A stretch of DNA of 64,000 nt, taken from the NCBI GenBank assembly GCA_973895155.1, contig OZ316899.1, forward strand, positions 9,546,287 through 9,610,286. The letters run 5' to 3'. This document shows positions 59,370 through 64,000 of the stretch, one piece after another. The DNA is from Marsupella aquatica (taxonomy: Eukaryota > Plantae > Marchantiophyta). Both the position numbers and the translations under genes were made by a program. The first letter of the stretch is position 1, and every line of letters starts with the position of its first letter. The notes beneath the pieces were generated by a model. It ran no database searches. It had not been told where the DNA came from and saw only the letters and a list, made by a program, of their open reading frames with translations.

Positions 59370-62300
59370 CTCCAACTCCTCCAGCTGGTAAGCTCTCTCC
59401 ATCAGACTCTGGTCAGCCTCCATTTGCTTCTCCACACTCACCCTTAAAGTAGGCACTTCAAACTCAATAGGTACAAGTGAGTGCTGTCCAAAAACTAGGT
59501 AGAAAGGACTATGGCCGGTTGTGGTCTTGAAAGCAAGGTTGTAGGAGTACACTGCTGAGTATAATTTGTCATCCCAATCAGTCTTGTGTGCCGCCACAGT
59601 TTTGTTCAAGATCTTGCCAATGATGCCATTAGCTCTCTCCGTTAATCCATTTGCCCTGGGGTGATAGGGAGTGGTCTTCCTATGCTTAATCAAGTACTGA
59701 GTAGTGAGCTCCTCCACGACCTCATTCAAGAAGTGAGTCCCCCTATCACTAACCAATTCAAGAGGTGGCCCAAATCTGGTAAAAATCTGCTGATACATGA
59801 ACCTTGCTACTGTGAGAGCATTGTCCTTGCTTGTTGGTCGAGCCTCTACCCACTTAGTAGCATAATCAGTTGCAAGAAGGATGTATCAATTCCTTCTAGA
59901 CCTGGTCACAGGAGTGATGGGACCTATGAAATCTATACCCCATTTCTCAAAAGGTGCAAGAGGTAAAATGGTGGTAAGAGGGTGATGCCTGGAGTGAGCT
60001 GGTTTACCTGTCCTTTGGCAAGGGTCACATCCCCTCACAAAAAGACTTACATCCTTATGAAGTGTTGGCCACCAATACCCTGCATCAAGGATCTTCCTTG
60101 CTGTTGTTGCACTTGCATAATGGCCACCAGCCTCCTCATGCATAGCTCTCATCACAATGGAGATTTCCTTCTTCTCCAAACACCTCCTTAGTCTCCCATC
60201 AACTCCTTCCTTGTGAAGGACACCCTGCACCAATAAGTAGGGTCTGACTTTCCGCAGGAAAACAACAGCCTCCTCTTGGTTCAAATCTCTTGGTAGCCGG
60301 GTTGTGAGAAGAAATTGGATGATATCCAAGTACCATGTATCCCCTCCACTTCCCACATGAAAGAGGTCTTCATCTGGAAACTGATCATCCACCTCCTTCA
60401 AGTCCTCTTCTCCTTCAATCCTTGAGAAGAAGTCTGCATTCCCATGCGTCTTACCAGGCCTGACCCTCACCTCATAATCAAACTCTTGGAGCAACAAGAT
60501 CCACCTTGCCACTCTACCAGTGACATCAGGTTTATTCACCATATACTTGAGAGCATTGTGATCAGTATGGAAGACCACCTTATAGCCCAACAAGTAGTGC
60601 CTAAACTTCTTACAAGAGTAGATGATGCCTAGAGCTTCTCTATTGGTTGGTGAGTAATTCTTTTCAGCGGGTGCTAAAACTCTACTTGCAAAATAGATAG
60701 GGTGATCCTTATTCTGGTCATCAAGTTGACTGAGCACCACACCAATACAAAAACCAGACACATCCACATACACATGGAATTCGCTACTCCAATCAGGTAC
60801 TATCAAGATAGGAGCTTCAACCAACCTGTTCTTCAACTCCTGGAAACTTGCTAGCCTCTCAACTGAGGGTTCGACCTCAGCCCCCTTCTTAAGCATGCTG
60901 GTTAGGGGTAAAGCTACTTTAGCAAAGTCCTTAATGAACCTTCTATAGTAGTTTAAACATCCCAAGAATCCCCTCAACTCTGTTACTGAAGTTGGAAATT
61001 GGACAGCCATCCAAACAGCCACCTTTTCTTGATCCACCTCGATGCCTTTCTTGGATACCTTGTGACCAAGTAGTATCCCTTCTTCCACACCAAAGAAGCA
61101 CTTCCCTGGGTGAAGCTTCAAACCAACTTCCCTACATCTTTGGAAGGTCATCCTCAAATGTTCAACATGGTCCTTCCTCCTTCCAAAAACAGCAAAGTCA
61201 TCTATGAATATTTCCAAGAACTTTCTCAAGTAGTCATGAAAGATATTCATCATCAACCTTTGGAACATACCAGGGGCATTACAAAGACCAAAAGGCATCC
61301 TCCGAAAGGCATAAATCCCCCACTCAGTAGTAAAGGCTGTCTTCAACTGGTCCTCCTTCCTTATCCAAATCTGGTTGTAACCTGAGTACCCATCTAGGAA
61401 GCTATACACTTCCCAACCAGCTACTAAGTCAAGTACCATATCAGTAAAGGGGATGGGATAGTGGTCCTTCTTAGTGGCCTCATTGAATTTCCTAAAGTCT
61501 TGGCAAACTTGGATCTTAGGCTTACCATCCAAGCCTGGTTTCTTTGGTACAATGACAATTGGGGAAACCCACTCACTATTCAACACAGGATAGATGAAAC
61601 CTGCTTCCAACAATTTGTCTATCTCTTCTTTCACCATCAAGGAGTACTTGGGATTCATTCTATATTGCCTTTGTCTCACAGGTGAAGCTCCTAGCATCAA
61701 GTCAATTCTATGCTCACCAAGTTCAGGGTTTACACCAGTAAGATCCAAATGACTCCAAGCAAACACATATTCACCTAGCAAATCTTGGATAGTTTTCTCT
61801 TCACCTGATCCCAAGGCATTTCCCAAGTTGAAGGTCTTGTCTTGCTGGACAGAGATGGTTCTGTACTGCTCAACTCGAATCACCTCCATCTTGTTCCTCA
61901 TTGTGGAGTCAAAAGTGTCTTCAAGTTGTGCCAATCTCATGCCTCCATAGACTGGTGCATTTTCAGCACTTAACTCCTCCTTCTCCTTGCTTGAATGCTG
62001 GTCTTTCTGAGTCTCATCCTCCTCTAAGTTTGCAGCCTCCAATTGGTCCTCCAGCTCCTTTATCTTGAGCTTCAACAATGCTAGGTGTTTAGCTTTCACC
62101 CTCTGGTCATGAGTCCCCTTCTTGATCTCAACTTGGGTAGCACCCTTGCTGGTCTGATCAGCCTCCTGAGCCACTATGATAGTGCCTTCTTTGTTGTTCT
62201 TCTTGGATGAGGTGGCAGCCGGCTTCACCTCCTCAAGACTGGTCACCTCACTGATACTGGGCAGAGGTGAATGGCTGGTAAGAGCCGCCTGCTCTAGCTC

Positions 62301-64000
62301 CTCTCCAAACACTTCTTCTTTGGTCCATTGGCTCACCATGTTCAACATGTATACCTCATCCTCATCAGATTCAGATTTGGTACTCAATTCATCGGAAAGC
62401 TCAGAATCATATTCATCCAACTCATCAGTAGTCTCTTCTTGATGCTTGTCATGACCCCATGAAACTGAAGTGGCAGGTTTGCCAAATCTAAACTCCTTCT
62501 TGCCCCAATCAGTTACCACTTGGGCTCCATACAACCAAGGCCTTCCAATCAAGATTGGGTAAGTAGATGGCCTTGCTGGTCTCATCACCAAGTAATTCAA
62601 CAAGAACTCCTGCCCCCCAATGAGAGTAGGTACTTGAGTGAGAGTCCCCACAGGTAGCACTCTTGCTCCATTTGCTAGCCTCATTGTCCTTGCTGTTGAC
62701 TGAAGTTTCTTGAAACCTAGTTGTTGGGCAGTAGCCTCAATCATGATATTCACACCTGAGCCTCCATCAACTGGTACATACGAGAGTACACACCCATTCA
62801 CTTGAACATCAATCTCAGGTGCTCCAAGGTCTTCACAAACCATCATCACATCAGCTGGGGTCCCAACCTTTGGAAGCTTCCTCCTTCTCCTTCCTACCAA
62901 CATCTCCTTCAGTTGCCTCCTATACAAAGGGTTGTCTTTGATCAGCTGCCCCACTGTAGCAGTAACCAAACAATCTTTCACATCCTTCTTGATGTCATAA
63001 GAGGGTACCTTGTTGGTCTCCTTCTTCTCCTCCACCTCAGCTTCTTCCTTCAAAGCTTTAGCAACCTTCAGGTCTTTGTTGATGGCCTCTTGATGCACCT
63101 TAGCCTCCATCTCCTCCAGTTGTGTCTTGACTTCCTCATTCACCTTGGGATAGAAGAGCTTTGGATGGTCCCTCTTGTAGTCACTATCTTCAGCGGGTGG
63201 GACTTGAACTTCTGCTCCAATTTCAACTTTGGTTGGTGACTCTGATGAGTGCTCCTGTCTCTCCTTCCTCTTCTTCCTCTCTTCTACTCTTTCCTTCTTT
63301 CTTGTGGACCTGGTAGACACCTTGTAACACACAGCTTCCTCCTCAGGTGTCTCCATTCCTGGTAAATCTGGCTGGTACTCCCCACCAGCAACTTGTGTCA
63401 CTCCATCTTTGGTCTCCTCTTGCCATTCCATACTCAATAAGTTCACTGTGGCTTCACTAGGAACTTTGGCAACCACTGGTTGAGGAGCTTCCACCCTTCC
63501 TACCATCATCTTGCCAGCCAATCCAATAGGACAGTTGGTTGTGGTATGACCCTCTCTTTTGCAAACAGCACAAAGATGATAGGGAGCTCCTTGTCCTTGT
63601 CTCCTTGGTTCAGGGCAACTAGTGGAATAGTGCCCTAGTTTTTGACAATTCCAGCAGATCACCACGGTAGTTCTTGCCACTCCCCCAGGTCCTTGAGGTC
63701 CTATTTGATCCACCATTCTTGGTTGAAGACCAGGCATAAGTTGAGGTGCCATGGGTGGAGCTGGTCTTCCTTGCAAAGTTCTTGGGCCTCCCGAAATCTG
63801 GTACACCATCTCTGGGGCTTCTTCATAGAAGTAGTCCACTTCGCTTGCTTGATAAACTTCACTGGGCTCTTCATTGACATACTGAACTTGATTCCTCCAA
63901 CCCTGGCACTCCTGAGGTGTATGGCCAAAACTTTTGCACTTGACACACCATACATGGGCTCTATTCACCGGCACCTTTCTCCTATCAGGTTGCATACCAG
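59370..64000 (-). pseudogene. pol: Athila-like gag-pol (element 4), same lineage as element 2; integrase end truncated, 5' part outside the window
   Basis: 1369-aa ORF with three CCHC knuckles, VDGGSGVNIM, FIDD, RNase H and integrase. Single stop at 59886, then SDRG/ANGLTER. Homology is lost near 59370. Confidence 0.94.

Overview
This is a repeat-saturated eukaryotic window, most likely from a plant (inferred from TTTAGGG repeats, GT-AG introns and plant-type transposon lineages). It consists of nested and mostly decayed transposons, and I can support no intact ordinary host gene. From left to right: (1) A spliced minus-strand gene runs from about 24316 off the left edge of the window. It encodes a ParB/Srx-like domain followed by a possibly methyltransferase-like C-terminus. 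Both of its introns are almost entirely arrays of one 25-bp palindrome. It is interrupted by two full-length Ty3/gypsy elements: 1156-9510 (4-bp TSD, carrying a MITE) and 11623-22937 (Athila-like, 5-bp TSD). (2) Two related TG...CA units of 3.8 kb and 4.7 kb (29161-32948 and 39723-44383) look like solo LTRs that contain a whole long ORF. (3) There are relics of a second Athila-like element, Bianca-like copia pieces and a tRNA-Met-primed gypsy. (4) A CACTA transposase relic (46236-51660) has a SET-domain gene nested in its first intron. (5) A solo-LTR-like insertion (about 53610-55473) carries an open RPA70-C-like OB-fold ORF. (6) A CpG-depleted Athila-like gag-pol runs off the right end. The recurring theme is mobile DNA carrying DNA- or chromatin-interacting cargo. 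All domain calls are motif recognition by eye, not database results.
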